From positions 96,822 to 160,821 of the forward strand of contig CAVTNR010000022.1 in NCBI GenBank assembly GCA_963736115.1: DNA of 64,000 bases, in the 5' to 3' direction. Position numbers and translations under genes: made by a program. Each line of letters begins with the position of its first letter. Positions within the stretch are counted from its first letter, which is position 1. The notes beneath the pieces are model-generated. The model saw nothing but the letters and a program-made list of their open reading frames with translations. It had not been told where the DNA came from and did no database searches. Below are positions 10,238 through 20,199 of this stretch, in pieces. This DNA comes from an uncultured bacterium (GTDB taxonomy: Bacteria > Zhuqueibacterota > QNDG01 > DTFT01).

Positions 10238-12343
10238 TCAGCGCAATATCGTCATCTTCACGGTTTTTACGAAATGCCCTGCCTTCATGCGGCAGAGGAA
10301 CACGCCGGAACCCGCTTTTCTCCCTTCATCATCCTTCCCGTCCCACACGATCGTGTACTCGCCCGGTTGAACCGTACGATCGACCAGAGTCCGCACCCGG
10401 CTGCCCGACATCGCCACGATCTCGATCGTCACGCGTTCGGGTTTTGGAACCGAGTAGACAACGGTCGTACCCGGATTGAACGGATTGGGAAAATTCCGCG
10501 ACAGGTCGAACCTCATGGGAACGGCCGGATGATCCGGCACGTCCTGCAGCGAACCCACCCGGAATCCGCCTTCCGGTGTCGCCCAGCGGACATTCCCCGC
10601 CAGATCCACGGCCTTCGCCGTCCATCTGTAGGAGCCGGTTTCGAGGAAAGTCCCGGACCAGGTCGTGTCCGGCGTCGTTCCGACGGAATCCGGATCTCCG
10701 GTTTCCGGGCCCATGACCAGGACGTATCGTATGCTGTCGGAATTAATCGCGTCCGCATTCGCGGAGGATGACCAGCGGAAAACGGGGATCATCATATCCG
10801 GAACGACGGTTCCGTCCCCGGGCTCCAGAAGGGAGAAGGGGCCGGGCGGATCGTTGACGGGCAAGACGGTGACGCGGACCGTGTCCGAATCGGAGGAGCC
10901 GAGCGGGTCGGTGACGGTAAGCACGATCCAGGCCTCCCCGTTCCAGTCCGGATCGGCCCAAACACCCAGGCCCCAGGACGTCATGTCCGCATACAGATGC
11001 GGGGACCATTCGCCGATGCCCACTGTCAGAGACAGTGCCGGATCCACGGGGTCCGAGATCCATCCTTCGATCAGGGATGCGAAGAGAAAGAGCGTGTCGT
11101 CCTCGGCGAAGGACGTGTCCGGAACGGCGAGAATAGGCGGATGCAAGTCCGGTTGGAAATGGGCAATGAGGCTTTTGGATGTGTCCATGACAAGGGATAC
11201 GGTATCGGATGTTCCGAAATGGGCTCCGTTCCATTCCGTGAACCGGAATCCCTGTTTCGGAATTGCCCGCAGGAAGACCGTGGAGTCCTCGGGTTGCCAG
11301 TTCCCGGGCGGATCGATGATTACGGCGCCCATGGCGGTGTCCGCGACCTGCACGGTCAGGGGAACCATCCTGTCCCACAGGGCCGTTTCGGAGATGCCGC
11401 CTTGCAGTGTGACCGTCGCGGGATTGAGCCCGCCCGTGTAATGTCCGAGGCCGGTGCCCTGCCACCAGCGGAAGCGGAACAGGACGCTGTCCGCCAGGAC
11501 CGTATCCGGAACCAATCCGGTCGTGTCAATGAGTGTCGTGTACTCGATGACCGGGCTTTCCACGCCGAACGGCACGGCGCTCCCGATTTCATACCAGCCC
11601 GCTCCCCAGGGCCGGCCGTGGTCAGAGAGCGGGTCGAAACGGTATTTCAGGACGTAAAAGGCCGTGAGCGTCTCCTTCGGCACGCCATACGGCACTGTAT
11701 AGTTCTGTTCCCGGCTGCCGCCCTGACTCCAGTGGTCGAAGAAATACGTGCCTCCGAGCGGGCCCGGCTCTTCCGCCTGGACCGACATGGGATGGGTTTC
11801 CCCTTCGGCCCATGCATAATACTGGGGAGAGAGCCTGTGGCAGAGGTCCATATACAGCCTGAACGGCGCGGGCGAAGTCTGGACCAGGCGGTAATACGCG
11901 GATTCTATATCCACCACGATGCCCGTGACGGTTTCCGGCGCATTGACGTGGATCCAGTCCGCGTGGGTCGTGTCCGGCGCATTGTTATAGCACTCGGCGA
12001 TGTATGGATCGTGGCAGGGCTGGACAGACGAGGCGGCGCTGCAAAGGCAGTCCTCGAACCAGACGCTCGCGGCGAGCTTGTAATCGCCCGTTGGCAGGTT
12101 GGGGATGACGAAGGGGACGCCCAGACTGATTTCCCACATGGCCTGGAAAACGTGGTTGCCGGACCGGTCGAACAGGACCACATTGGGATGGATCATGGCG
12201 TGGTAGGCCATTTTCAGGCTGTTCACCGTCACCTGGATGGCGCCGACGGGTTCGTCGGGCTTTGAGAGCGGGTTCTGTCCGGAGACCGAAGCGGCTAAAA
12301 ACAGAGCCGCCGCGGCGGACCGAATCCTTAATCTTGGTTGCAT
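10238..12343 (-). CDS. Secreted multi-Ig/InlB-B-repeat protein with a C-terminal FlgD/T9SS-type sorting domain
   Basis: Signal peptide; GFRFTEW B-repeat; VLPVNDPP; FDLSRNFPNPFNP...WDGKDDEG...SGVF..KMTILR. Confidence 0.8.
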   Translation of the reverse strand: MQPRLRIRSAAAALFLAASVSGQNPLSKPDEPVGAIQVTVNSLKMAYHAMIHPNVVLFDRSGNHVFQAMWEISLGVPFVIPNLPTGDYKLAASVWFEDCLCSAASSVQPCHDPYIAECYNNAPDTTHADWIHVNAPETVTGIVVDIESAYYRLVQTSPAPFRLYMDLCHRLSPQYYAWAEGETHPMSVQAEEPGPLGGTYFFDHWSQGGSREQNYTVPYGVPKETLTAFYVLKYRFDPLSDHGRPWGAGWYEIGSAVPFGVESPVIEYTTLIDTTGLVPDTVLADSVLFRFRWWQGTGLGHYTGGLNPATVTLQGGISETALWDRMVPLTVQVADTAMGAVIIDPPGNWQPEDSTVFLRAIPKQGFRFTEWNGAHFGTSDTVSLVMDTSKSLIAHFQPDLHPPILAVPDTSFAEDDTLFLFASLIEGWISDPVDPALSLTVGIGEWSPHLYADMTSWGLGVWADPDWNGEAWIVLTVTDPLGSSDSDTVRVTVLPVNDPPGPFSLLEPGDGTVVPDMMIPVFRWSSSANADAINSDSIRYVLVMGPETGDPDSVGTTPDTTWSGTFLETGSYRWTAKAVDLAGNVRWATPEGGFRVGSLQDVPDHPAVPMRFDLSRNFPNPFNPGTTVVYSVPKPERVTIEIVAMSGSRVRTLVDRTVQPGEYTIVWDGKDDEGRKAGSGVFLCRMKAGHFVKTVKMTILR

Positions 12344-12546
12344 GGGGGCCTCCATGGATCGCGGCTTCGAATGGCGGATAACTATAAATCCGAAGGATTC
12401 GTCCGGAGTGGAGAAGGCATCGTTGGGGAAGGAACGGTTCAGAAGGCGGAATTCGGGACGAATCCCTGCAGAAGGAATATAACAATATACAGGGACTGTC
12501 GTTTAAAGTAAAGCGGTATTTGAAAGACTTCGGGGTATTTCTATTC

Positions 12547-13995
12547 TCAGCGACGATTGCGGCCTGCCGCGGATTTCCGGGTTTTACCTTTTTGGTTTTG
12601 AGCCCCGGAGGACGCCGGTTTACGCCGCGGCCCGGAGCGGATCAGCTCCTTTTCCGCCACCCGTTTCACCTCGTCATATACGGCCCGGATCGGCAGCCCG
12701 GTCTCCCTCGCCACGCGCCTGCAGTCGTCGTATTCGGGTGCCGCTGTCTCCTCCTTCTCCGACAGGCCGCGTATCTTCACTTTCATGTCGCCCCATGGAG
12801 TGGACACGGAGGCGATGTCGCGGCGCGCGACCATCCGTTTCTTGAGATCCGAAATGCGGACGCCGAGCGTCGTGGTCTCGCGCAGCAGAATGGACACGAG
12901 CGGTTCCGTCCGCTCCTCTGCCGCGATCACGCTGAGAATGAGCCCGGGCCTGCTTTTTTTCATGATAATGGGTGTGAGAAAGACGTCCTTCGCGCCCGCG
13001 GCGAAAAGGCGGTCCATGATGTGGTCGTAGAACTGGGGGTTCATGTCGTCGATGTTGGTCTCGATGAGCCGTATCCGGTCCTCCGTCTTCTTCGCGGCTG
13101 TATCGCCGATCACCACCCGGAGCAGGTTGGGGATGGCCAGGTCGCGGAAACCCGCGCCGTACCCGGTGCGCTCCACGGTCATGGCCGGGAACGGGCCGAA
13201 GGAGGAAGCCAAAGTGGAGAGTATGGCCGCGCCCGTGGGCGTGACCAGCTCGCCTTCCACGTCCGTCGAATAACACGGCACTCCCCGGAGCAGTTCCGTG
13301 ACAGCGGGCGGCGGGACGGGCAGGCGGCCGTGCGCGCAATCGACGAAGCCGGAGCCGAGATGCAGGCTCGAGGCGCGTATCTCCTCGATGCCGAGGGCTT
13401 CCAGCCCGATCACGGCGCCGACAATGTCCACGATCGCGTCGACAGCGCCCACCTCGTGGAAGTGGATTTCGTCCACCCCGCATGCGTGCACTCTGGCCTC
13501 TGCCTCGGCCAGGCGGCGGAAAACGGTTTTGCTCTTCTCCTTCACTGTTGTGGACAGGTCGCTTGCGTCGATGATAGCCGTGACGTCCGATAGCCCGCGG
13601 CGGCCTTCGGTGTGCGCATGGCCGTGCCCGTGCGTCCCGGATTCATGCGTATGATGCGGGTCGGGATCAGGGTGTCCGTGGTCGTGACCATGATCTCCGT
13701 GGCCGTGGCTGTGATCGTGTTCATGATTGTGATGGGAATGATCATCGTGATGATCCGGCGGGACTGAGCTGTGCGAGGCGCATTCCGGTATGCCCCCGTC
13801 CAGGAGCGTGACGTCGAATTTAGTAGCGGAAATGCCGGACTTGACGGTTCTGGAAATACGGATTCCGAATTCATGCAGATGGAGCTTGTCCAGTTCCCTG
13901 CGGAGCCGATCGGGTTTCAGGCCCGCGTCCAGAAGGGCGCCGAGAATCATGTCGCCGCTGGCGCCTGAAAAACAATCAAAGTAAGCTATCTTCAT
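12547..13995 (-). CDS. larC: Nickel pincer cofactor biosynthesis protein LarC (nickel insertase)
   Basis: YFDCFSGASGDMILGAL, a long His-rich tract, HFHEVGAVDAIVDI, ELVTPTGAA, ETNIDD, ETTTLGVR and PEYDDC. Confidence 0.96.
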   Translation of the reverse strand: MKIAYFDCFSGASGDMILGALLDAGLKPDRLRRELDKLHLHEFGIRISRTVKSGISATKFDVTLLDGGIPECASHSSVPPDHHDDHSHHNHEHDHSHGHGDHGHDHGHPDPDPHHTHESGTHGHGHAHTEGRRGLSDVTAIIDASDLSTTVKEKSKTVFRRLAEAEARVHACGVDEIHFHEVGAVDAIVDIVGAVIGLEALGIEEIRASSLHLGSGFVDCAHGRLPVPPPAVTELLRGVPCYSTDVEGELVTPTGAAILSTLASSFGPFPAMTVERTGYGAGFRDLAIPNLLRVVIGDTAAKKTEDRIRLIETNIDDMNPQFYDHIMDRLFAAGAKDVFLTPIIMKKSRPGLILSVIAAEERTEPLVSILLRETTTLGVRISDLKKRMVARRDIASVSTPWGDMKVKIRGLSEKEETAAPEYDDCRRVARETGLPIRAVYDEVKRVAEKELIRSGPRRKPASSGAQNQKGKTRKSAAGRNRR

Positions 13996-14029
13996 TGCCG
14001 TTTCCCGATTGTGTTTGTTTCAAAGGGCG

Positions 14030-14115
14030 GTTCATAGGTTCATAGTTCATAGTCCAAGAAGCAACTGGATCATTTTCACGTCATCTTTTTCAACTATGAA
14101 CTATGAACCATGAAC
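14030..14115. repeat. Heptamer-array inverted-repeat element (GTTCATR)n-spacer-(YATGAAC)n
   Basis: gttcataggttcatagttcatag ... caactatgaactatgaaccatgaac; overlaps the larB stop. Confidence 0.8.
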
Positions 14116-14871
14116 TTCTTCATCCCCCAGCCTGTTGATCAACGCCGCCAGATATCCCGCGCCGAATCCGTTGTCGATGTTCACCACGCCGATGCCCGGA
14201 ACGCAGCTGGTCAGCATGGTCATGAGGGCGGACAACCCGCCGAGGCTGGCGCCGTACCCGACACTGGTGGGCACGGCGATCAGCGGCTTGTCCACCAGGC
14301 CGCCGACGACGCTGGGCAGGGCGCCTTCCATGCCCGCGACCACGATCAGCACGTTCGCCTTGAACAAGACTTCCCTGCGGTCCAGCAGGCGGTGCAGGCC
14401 CGCGACGCCCACATCGAAGAGCTTCTCCACCCGGCTTCCCAGGACCTCGGCCGTCAGCGCGGCCTCTTCCGCGACCGGGATGTCGGCCGTGCCCGCGGAT
14501 ACGACGACGATCGTGCCCCGGCTCGTCACCGGGGGCTTGCCGCCTACCAGAATGGCGCGGGCCTCCGGGAAATACTGCGCGTGGTCCGTCACGGCCCGCA
14601 CGGCATCAAAGGCCTCGGGCCAGGCCCGCATCCCGAGAATCGAACCGCCGTGTTCCGTCATCTTCATGACGATTCCGGCGATCTGCTCCACGGTCTTGCC
14701 CTGGCAGAAAATCACCTCCGGGAATCCCTTGCGCAGCGCCCGGTGCGTGTCGATTTTGGCGTATCCGATGTCGTCGTACGGGAAGGACCGGAGACGGTTC
14801 ATGGCGTCTTCCACCGGAACGCGTCCGTTACGGACGTCTTCCAGCAGATTGCGGATGGGTTCCTTGTTCAT
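14101..14871 (-). CDS. larB: Nickel pincer cofactor biosynthesis protein LarB
   Basis: DTHRALRKGFPEVIFCQGKT, AGTADIPVAEEA, DVGVAGLHRL, AGMEGALPSVV, PTSVGYGA and VNIDNGFGA. Confidence 0.96.
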   Translation of the reverse strand: MNKEPIRNLLEDVRNGRVPVEDAMNRLRSFPYDDIGYAKIDTHRALRKGFPEVIFCQGKTVEQIAGIVMKMTEHGGSILGMRAWPEAFDAVRAVTDHAQYFPEARAILVGGKPPVTSRGTIVVVSAGTADIPVAEEAALTAEVLGSRVEKLFDVGVAGLHRLLDRREVLFKANVLIVVAGMEGALPSVVGGLVDKPLIAVPTSVGYGASLGGLSALMTMLTSCVPGIGVVNIDNGFGAGYLAALINRLGDEEVHGS

Positions 14872-15683
14872 GGCCGATTCCTCAATGCTTCGTTCAGACT
14901 GCCCGTCCGGTAGCCCTCGAGATCGAGCGCGACAGTCCGGTACCCGGCGGCCTTGAACTGTTTCACGATTTTCGGGAACAGACCGGGTTTCAGGACCCGG
15001 TTCATTTCAGCGGGCGCGATTTCGATACGGGCCAGATCGCCGTGGTCGCGCACCCGCACCTGGATGAATCCCATGGCCCGGAGCGCGGTTTCAGCAGCAT
15101 CGATGCGTTTCAGTGTCGCGGCCGTGATCGGGTCACCGTAGGGGATGCGCGTCGCCAGGCAGGCGAGCGCTGGCCGGTTCCAGGTGGGCAGCCCCCTCTT
15201 TCTGGACAGGGACCGGATTTCCCGCTTGGTCAGCCCCGCTTCCGCCAGGGGGCTGATAATCCCCAGTTCCTTCAGCGCCCTGCGGCCGGGTCTGTAATCT
15301 GCCGAGTCGTCGGCATTGGTTCCGTCCGCCACCGCTTTCATCCCGTGTTTCGCGGCCAGCGCCTTGAGGCTGGAGAAGACGCGTCTCTTACAGATGTAAC
15401 ACCGGTCAGGCGGATTGGTCAGAAATGCCCGATCGGCCATGTCGCCGGGATCGATCAGAATATGGCGTACTCCGATTCCGCGGGCGAGTCTTTTGGCGTC
15501 CCCGATCTCGCCTTTCGGGTGGATTTCCGATACTGCGGTCACGGCCAGGATGCGGTCCCTTCCCAGAACTTCCTTAGCGATGGACAGGAGAAAGGTCGAA
15601 TCCACGCCGCCGGAATAGGCGACCACGATGCGGTCCAATTCCAGAAGGCGCGTCCTGAGCATGTCCAATTTAGTCATTTTCAT
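14868..15683 (-). CDS. larE: ATP-dependent sulfur transferase LarE
   Basis: SGGVDS PP-loop, RCYICK, DGTNADD..DYRPG, ACLATRIPYG, VRVRDHG and GYRTGSLN. Confidence 0.95.
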   Translation of the reverse strand: MKMTKLDMLRTRLLELDRIVVAYSGGVDSTFLLSIAKEVLGRDRILAVTAVSEIHPKGEIGDAKRLARGIGVRHILIDPGDMADRAFLTNPPDRCYICKRRVFSSLKALAAKHGMKAVADGTNADDSADYRPGRRALKELGIISPLAEAGLTKREIRSLSRKRGLPTWNRPALACLATRIPYGDPITAATLKRIDAAETALRAMGFIQVRVRDHGDLARIEIAPAEMNRVLKPGLFPKIVKQFKAAGYRTVALDLEGYRTGSLNEALRNRP

Positions 15684-15970
15684 GGACTTATTGCCTGTTT
15701 GGTTTGATCCGAAATTTATCGAATTTATGCCCGATATGCAAACTGTTTTTCCCCAGACCGGGACCCCGTCAGGAGGCTTGCTATTAAGTTGTTGCATTTC
15801 TGCCTGAACTTGTTAAATTGTACATAGATGGGAGGATTTCCCTCACCGAACGAGCCGGCTCCGGCTTCCAGATCCTCATTCAATTTTTTTTAGACGGGTC
15901 CGGCATTACCGGACTTGTCCTCTCCTGCGTCGCCATTCAATCCTGCTTGTTTAATTCTACGGAGGAATCC

Positions 15971-16438
15971 ATGAAGGGGAATGTCAAGGTTATTGAATGC
16001 CTAAACGCCAGGCTGTCCGACGAACTCGCGGCCGTCAACCAGTACATCGTCCATTCTGAAATGTGTGCCAACTGGGGATATGAAAAACTGCACAAGGCCA
16101 TCGAGAAACGCGCCATCGAGGAGATGAAGCACGCCGAGTCGCTCATCGCGCGCATCCTTTTCCTCGAAGGGAAACCGGTCGTCAGCGCTCTCGCGAAAAT
16201 CGATATCGGCGCGGACGTCGAGGCCCAGCATCAAAAGGACTGGACCGCTGAAGAAGGGGCCGTTAAGGCATACAACGCGGACATACGCCTGGCCGTTGAG
16301 ACCGGGGACAACGGAACGCGCGAACTGTTCGAGTCCATCCTGAAGGATGAGGAGACGCACATCGACTGGCTCGAAGCCCAGCTCGACCAGATCAAGCAGA
16401 TGGGGATACAGAATTACCTGGTGGAGCAGATGGATTGA
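15971..16438 (+). CDS. bfr: Bacterioferritin
   Basis: MKGN, ELAAVNQY, EEMKHAE, RILFLEG, DEETHID and NYL motifs; GGAGG RBS. Confidence 0.95.
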   Translation: MKGNVKVIECLNARLSDELAAVNQYIVHSEMCANWGYEKLHKAIEKRAIEEMKHAESLIARILFLEGKPVVSALAKIDIGADVEAQHQKDWTAEEGAVKAYNADIRLAVETGDNGTRELFESILKDEETHIDWLEAQLDQIKQMGIQNYLVEQMD

Positions 16439-16539
16439 AGAAGCCCGCTGTCTCCATTTTCGAACGGATTCCCGCCCGCAGGCGGCCGGAAGCGGAAACT
16501 CCGGCGCCGAATGACCGTCCTTATAAGGAGGAACCTGCT

Positions 16540-16920
16540 ATGACCGGATATGTCGGACCGATCGAAAAGGAAACCTTGGACAATGGATTTTTCAGGAAAG
16601 TGCTGTTCACCGGAAAGCACTGCCAGCTCGTGGTGATGTGCCTGCAGCCGGGGGAGGATATCGGCAACGAAGTACATTCGAATGTCGACCAGTTTTTCCG
16701 CATTGAAAAGGGTATGGCCCGGTTCGTTTTCAACGAGAAGGAGGAGCGTCTCGTCCGTGAAAGTGAAGCCGTGGTGGTGGCCGCAGGCACCCATCACAAC
16801 GTCATCAACGCTTCGGCGGACGAGCCCCTGAAACTGTACACGATTTATTCCCCCCCGAACCATCCGGAGGGTACCGTTCACAAGACCCGGTTGGAAGCGG
16901 TGGCGGCCGAGCATCAATAA
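16540..16920 (+). CDS. Cupin domain protein
   Basis: FRKVLFTG..QLVVM, IGNEVH..VDQFF, HNVIN and LYTIYSPPNH. Confidence 0.9.
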   Translation: MTGYVGPIEKETLDNGFFRKVLFTGKHCQLVVMCLQPGEDIGNEVHSNVDQFFRIEKGMARFVFNEKEERLVRESEAVVVAAGTHHNVINASADEPLKLYTIYSPPNHPEGTVHKTRLEAVAAEHQ

Positions 16921-17004
16921 AGACTCGGTTTCGGCCGGCCGCATCAGGCCGGTTTATTCCGCATCGGGGAACCATTTCTGTTTCATTCATTCAAGGAGGC
17001 TGTT

Positions 17005-17439
17005 ATGGGAGTATTCGATTTTTTGGGAACCGTCGGCGCCAAGATTTTCGGCAAGGGCAAGAAAGAGGCCGAAGCGATCGAGGATCTGATCAACAAGGAC
17101 CTGCCGGGCAAGATCCAGAACCTCAAGGCGGAGTTCAATGACGGTACGGTGACTCTGTCCGGTGTCTGCGACACCTATGCCACGCGAGAAAAGGCCGTTC
17201 TGCTGGCCGGCAACGTGACGGGCGTCACCAAGGTGGACGACGACAAGCTGACCTCCCCGCCGAAGGAGGAGCAGACGCAGTTTTACACAGTGGAGAGCGG
17301 CGACTCCCTGTCCAAGATCGCCAAGAAACTGATGGGCGACGGCAACAAGTGGCCGAAGATCTTCGAGGCCAACAAGGAAGTCATCAAGAACCCGGATCTC
17401 ATTTATCCCGGGCAGCAGCTCCGCATTCCGAAAGTCTGA
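17005..17439 (+). CDS. BON-LysM protein (Kbp/YgaU family)
   Basis: BON domain followed by LysM: YTVESGDSLSKIA...IFEAN...PDLIYPGQQLRIP. Confidence 0.92.
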   Translation: MGVFDFLGTVGAKIFGKGKKEAEAIEDLINKDLPGKIQNLKAEFNDGTVTLSGVCDTYATREKAVLLAGNVTGVTKVDDDKLTSPPKEEQTQFYTVESGDSLSKIAKKLMGDGNKWPKIFEANKEVIKNPDLIYPGQQLRIPKV

Positions 17440-17471
17440 TCCGCATTCTGTTGGTTTCATAAATGAAATGG

Positions 17472-17508
17472 AACCTGCCGGGTTTTCCGACCCGGCAGGT
17501 TTTTCTTT
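17472..17508 (+). terminator. Terminator/REP-like hairpin
   Basis: aacctgccggg-ttttccga-cccggcaggtt followed by a T tract. Confidence 0.65.
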
Positions 17509-17556
17509 GTATCTGCGACGTTACCCGCCGGTGCGTCCCATATTGCTGATCAAGAG

Positions 17557-17592
17557 AACCTCCCGCAGGTTCGTAAAAACCTGCGGGATGTT
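17557..17592. repeat. 36-bp REP-like palindrome, copy 1 (variant)
   Basis: aacctcccgcaggttcgtaaaaacctgcgggatgtt, related to the copies at 18772 and 23137. Confidence 0.75.
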
Positions 17593-17779
17593 TATCAGGA
17601 ACTGTCAAGGATGAAACCCGAAAGGGGAAATTCCCAATAGCGCTTTTGAAGATGTGTCGCAGAATCCACGTCATCCGGGAACCCGGCAGCCTCTGCCGGA
17701 ATATAACTGTATCCGGGCTAGAGCAAAGACGCCGGTTGACAAACAGGTAAAAAGACGGGAAACCGTCCGGGAGAATGAA

Positions 17780-18742
17780 ATGAACGGGAACGATCCGAAA
17801 CCAGGGGCACATCGCAAAGTGGTGATTGTCGGCGCGGGTTTAGTGGGATCCGTGTACGCCTACGCGCTGGCCCAGAGCGGCCTGGCCGACGAAATCGTCC
17901 TCATGGATAAAAACGAGGATCTCGCGAGGGGCCAGGTCATGGATCTGGCGCACGGACAGGCCTTCTTCCCGACCGCGGCCATCCGTTTCGGCGGATCCGA
18001 GGATTTCACGGACGCGGGGCTTGTCGTCATCACCGCGGGCGCGCCGCAGAAGCCCGGAGAAAAGCGGCTGGAACTCCTGAACAGGAACTCGGAAATAGTC
18101 GGCGGCATTGTCGATGAGGTGGTCGCCCGGAGAACCGGCGGCGTGATACTCGTGGTGACGAATCCGGTGGACGGCCTGACGCACGCGGCCGTGCAGCGCG
18201 CCGGACTGCCGAGGGGCCGCATCATCGGATCCGGGACCGTGCTCGACAGCGCCCGGCTGCGGCACCTGTTGAGCCGGCACTGCAAAGTGGACATCCACAA
18301 TGTGCACGCCTATGTGCTCGGCGAGCACGGGGACAGCGAGTTCGCGGCCTGGTCCATGACCCACATCGCGGGCATGTCCATGGACGAGTACTGCCCCGCC
18401 TGCGGCCGGTGCAGGGACTGGAAGGCCGAGCGGTGCAAGATCGAGCAGGCGGTGCGCGATTCGGCCTATCACGTCATCGGGTACAAGGGGGCCACGTATT
18501 TTGCGGTCGGCCTGGCGCTGACCCGCATCTCGGCCGCGGTCCTGCGCGGCCAGAACAGCGTGCTGACCGTGTCCACGGAACTGGAGGGGGAATACGGAAT
18601 CAGCGGCGTGTCCCTCAGCGTGCCGGCCATGGTCAGCCGGGAGGGCGTGATCCGGGTGGTGGAGGGCCGCCTGGCGCCGGAGGAGCAGGCTTCGCTGGAG
18701 GCGTCGGCGGAGGTGCTGCGCAAGGCTTCAGGAGCATCATAG
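17780..18742 (+). CDS. ldh: L-lactate dehydrogenase
   Basis: IVGAGLVG, ITAGAPQKPGEKRLEL, VTNPVD, GSGTVLDSARLR, LGEHGDS and KGATY; the Gln in the QKPG loop indicates LDH rather than MDH. Confidence 0.92.
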   Translation: MNGNDPKPGAHRKVVIVGAGLVGSVYAYALAQSGLADEIVLMDKNEDLARGQVMDLAHGQAFFPTAAIRFGGSEDFTDAGLVVITAGAPQKPGEKRLELLNRNSEIVGGIVDEVVARRTGGVILVVTNPVDGLTHAAVQRAGLPRGRIIGSGTVLDSARLRHLLSRHCKVDIHNVHAYVLGEHGDSEFAAWSMTHIAGMSMDEYCPACGRCRDWKAERCKIEQAVRDSAYHVIGYKGATYFAVGLALTRISAAVLRGQNSVLTVSTELEGEYGISGVSLSVPAMVSREGVIRVVEGRLAPEEQASLEASAEVLRKASGAS

Positions 18743-18771
18743 CATGTGCGTCGCACATTGCCGATGGACGG

Positions 18772-18807
18772 AACCTCCCGCGGGTTTGTAAAAACCCGCG
18801 GGAGGTT
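18772..18807. repeat. 36-bp REP-like palindrome, copy 2
   Basis: aacctcccgcgggtttgtaaaaacccgcgggaggtt. Confidence 0.85.
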
Positions 18808-18879
18808 CTCTTTACTCCCCGAAGGGGCGGGAGCCCCTGCGGTTCCCCGATCTGAGGGCAGAGCCCTCCGTGTTGAAAC

Positions 18880-19030
18880 CACCGGACGGGTGGCTTCACC
18901 CATTATTTGTACCGTGTGGCACTGCCTTTAGGCAGTGCCAGTTATAATATAATTGATAAATTGTACGGTTCGAAGGACCGTGGCACACATGTTTTTAGTT
19001 TTTCATTTTTTAACAACCCACCCGTCCGCT
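18880..19030. repeat. Nested palindromic REP/MITE-like element
   Basis: Outer inverted repeat ggacgggtgg...ccacccgtcc; inner hairpins tggcactgcc-ttta-ggcagtgcca and acggtt-cgaag-gaccgt; gtggcac occurs twice. Confidence 0.55.
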
Positions 19031-19157
19031 AAGGTACAACACTGGTGTGATCATGTTCATCTTGGAAAACTCATGGATATTGTCCGTTAGGAGCGACCGA
19101 ATTGGCCTGATTGCCCGCGTCTGAATACCCGCCGGCGGTCGCGGTTCCGTTGCTTCA

Positions 19158-20126
19158 TTATCCTTTCGGCTTCAGCATGCCGTGCATTCCGAGCCAGCTC
19201 ACAAAGGCATCGAACCAACCGGTGCTCGTCGTTTCCTTCTGGTACATCCCGAAGCCGTGGCCACCCTGTTCATAAAGATGGAATTCAACCGGACGCTTCG
19301 CGGCCTTCCAGCTGTCGATGAGCCCATAGCCGCCGTTCGCGAAGAAAGGATCGTCGGCAGCCAAGGCGATAAACAGCGGCGGGGCATCGGCCGGCACCGT
19401 GACCGTCGCGAGAGGACCGTAGATGTTGCCGATGAAGGCGGGCTTCGCATCCTCGCCGGCAAGTGCAGTCGACATGGTCAGCATCGCGCCGGCGGAAAAG
19501 CCGACCATGCCGATCCGGTCGGGGTCCACATGCCACTCGGCGGAACGTTTCCGGATAAGTGTGAAGGCCGCGCGGGCGTCGGCTATCTGCGGTGCAAGAC
19601 CAGCCATCGCCTTTTCCGGGTCTGGACGCGTCGGCCGCGCTGCGGAAGAAAACATATCGCGCATGGATTTTTCGAACGCCGTCATTTCAGCCGGTGTCTG
19701 GTTCAGGCGATATTTGAGGACAAACGCGGCGACGCCCTTTTCCGCCAACGCACGGGCAACGTTCCAGCCTTCATTTTCCATTGATAAGGTGAGGAAACCG
19801 CCGCCGGGAGCGACGACAACGGCGGCGCCGCTTGCTTTGCCGGGAACCGGAAGAAATGGTGTCAGCGTCGCAACCGTAACGTTTCGCGCGAACTGACTGC
19901 CGTACTGCTTGTGCCAGGTCTCCGGGTTCGTTGCGCCAGGCAGCGGACCGGTCCCGATTTCGATCGCATCGGGCTGCGAAGGCGTGTCGATGGGTGTCAT
20001 CCGGTCGTTCTGCGCATGGGACTGAGATGCAAGCGCAGCGACCAACACAATAACAGCGACTGCCGAGCGAGATTGGGTTGACCCCGCGAACGCTCGCATT
20101 GTCCAAAGATTCGAGATTTTTCCCAT
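19158..20126 (-). CDS. Secreted alpha/beta hydrolase (acetyl xylan/feruloyl esterase-like)
   Basis: APGGGF, VLKYRL, GFSAGA nucleophile, ADDP and GGHGFG. Confidence 0.88.
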   Translation of the reverse strand: MGKISNLWTMRAFAGSTQSRSAVAVIVLVAALASQSHAQNDRMTPIDTPSQPDAIEIGTGPLPGATNPETWHKQYGSQFARNVTVATLTPFLPVPGKASGAAVVVAPGGGFLTLSMENEGWNVARALAEKGVAAFVLKYRLNQTPAEMTAFEKSMRDMFSSAARPTRPDPEKAMAGLAPQIADARAAFTLIRKRSAEWHVDPDRIGMVGFSAGAMLTMSTALAGEDAKPAFIGNIYGPLATVTVPADAPPLFIALAADDPFFANGGYGLIDSWKAAKRPVEFHLYEQGGHGFGMYQKETTSTGWFDAFVSWLGMHGMLKPKG

Positions 20127-20199
20127 GTCATTCTCTCCGGTTGAATGTTGATTAAGAATCAAGCTACGGGGTTGAATTAAGTAATATCTTTTATGAAAA

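Noticed and set aside
17600-17760. Possible c-di-GMP riboswitch upstream of ldh (aaacccgaaaggg)
   Set aside because: Lacks the GGCAAA...GACGCAAAG P1/P2 consensus.
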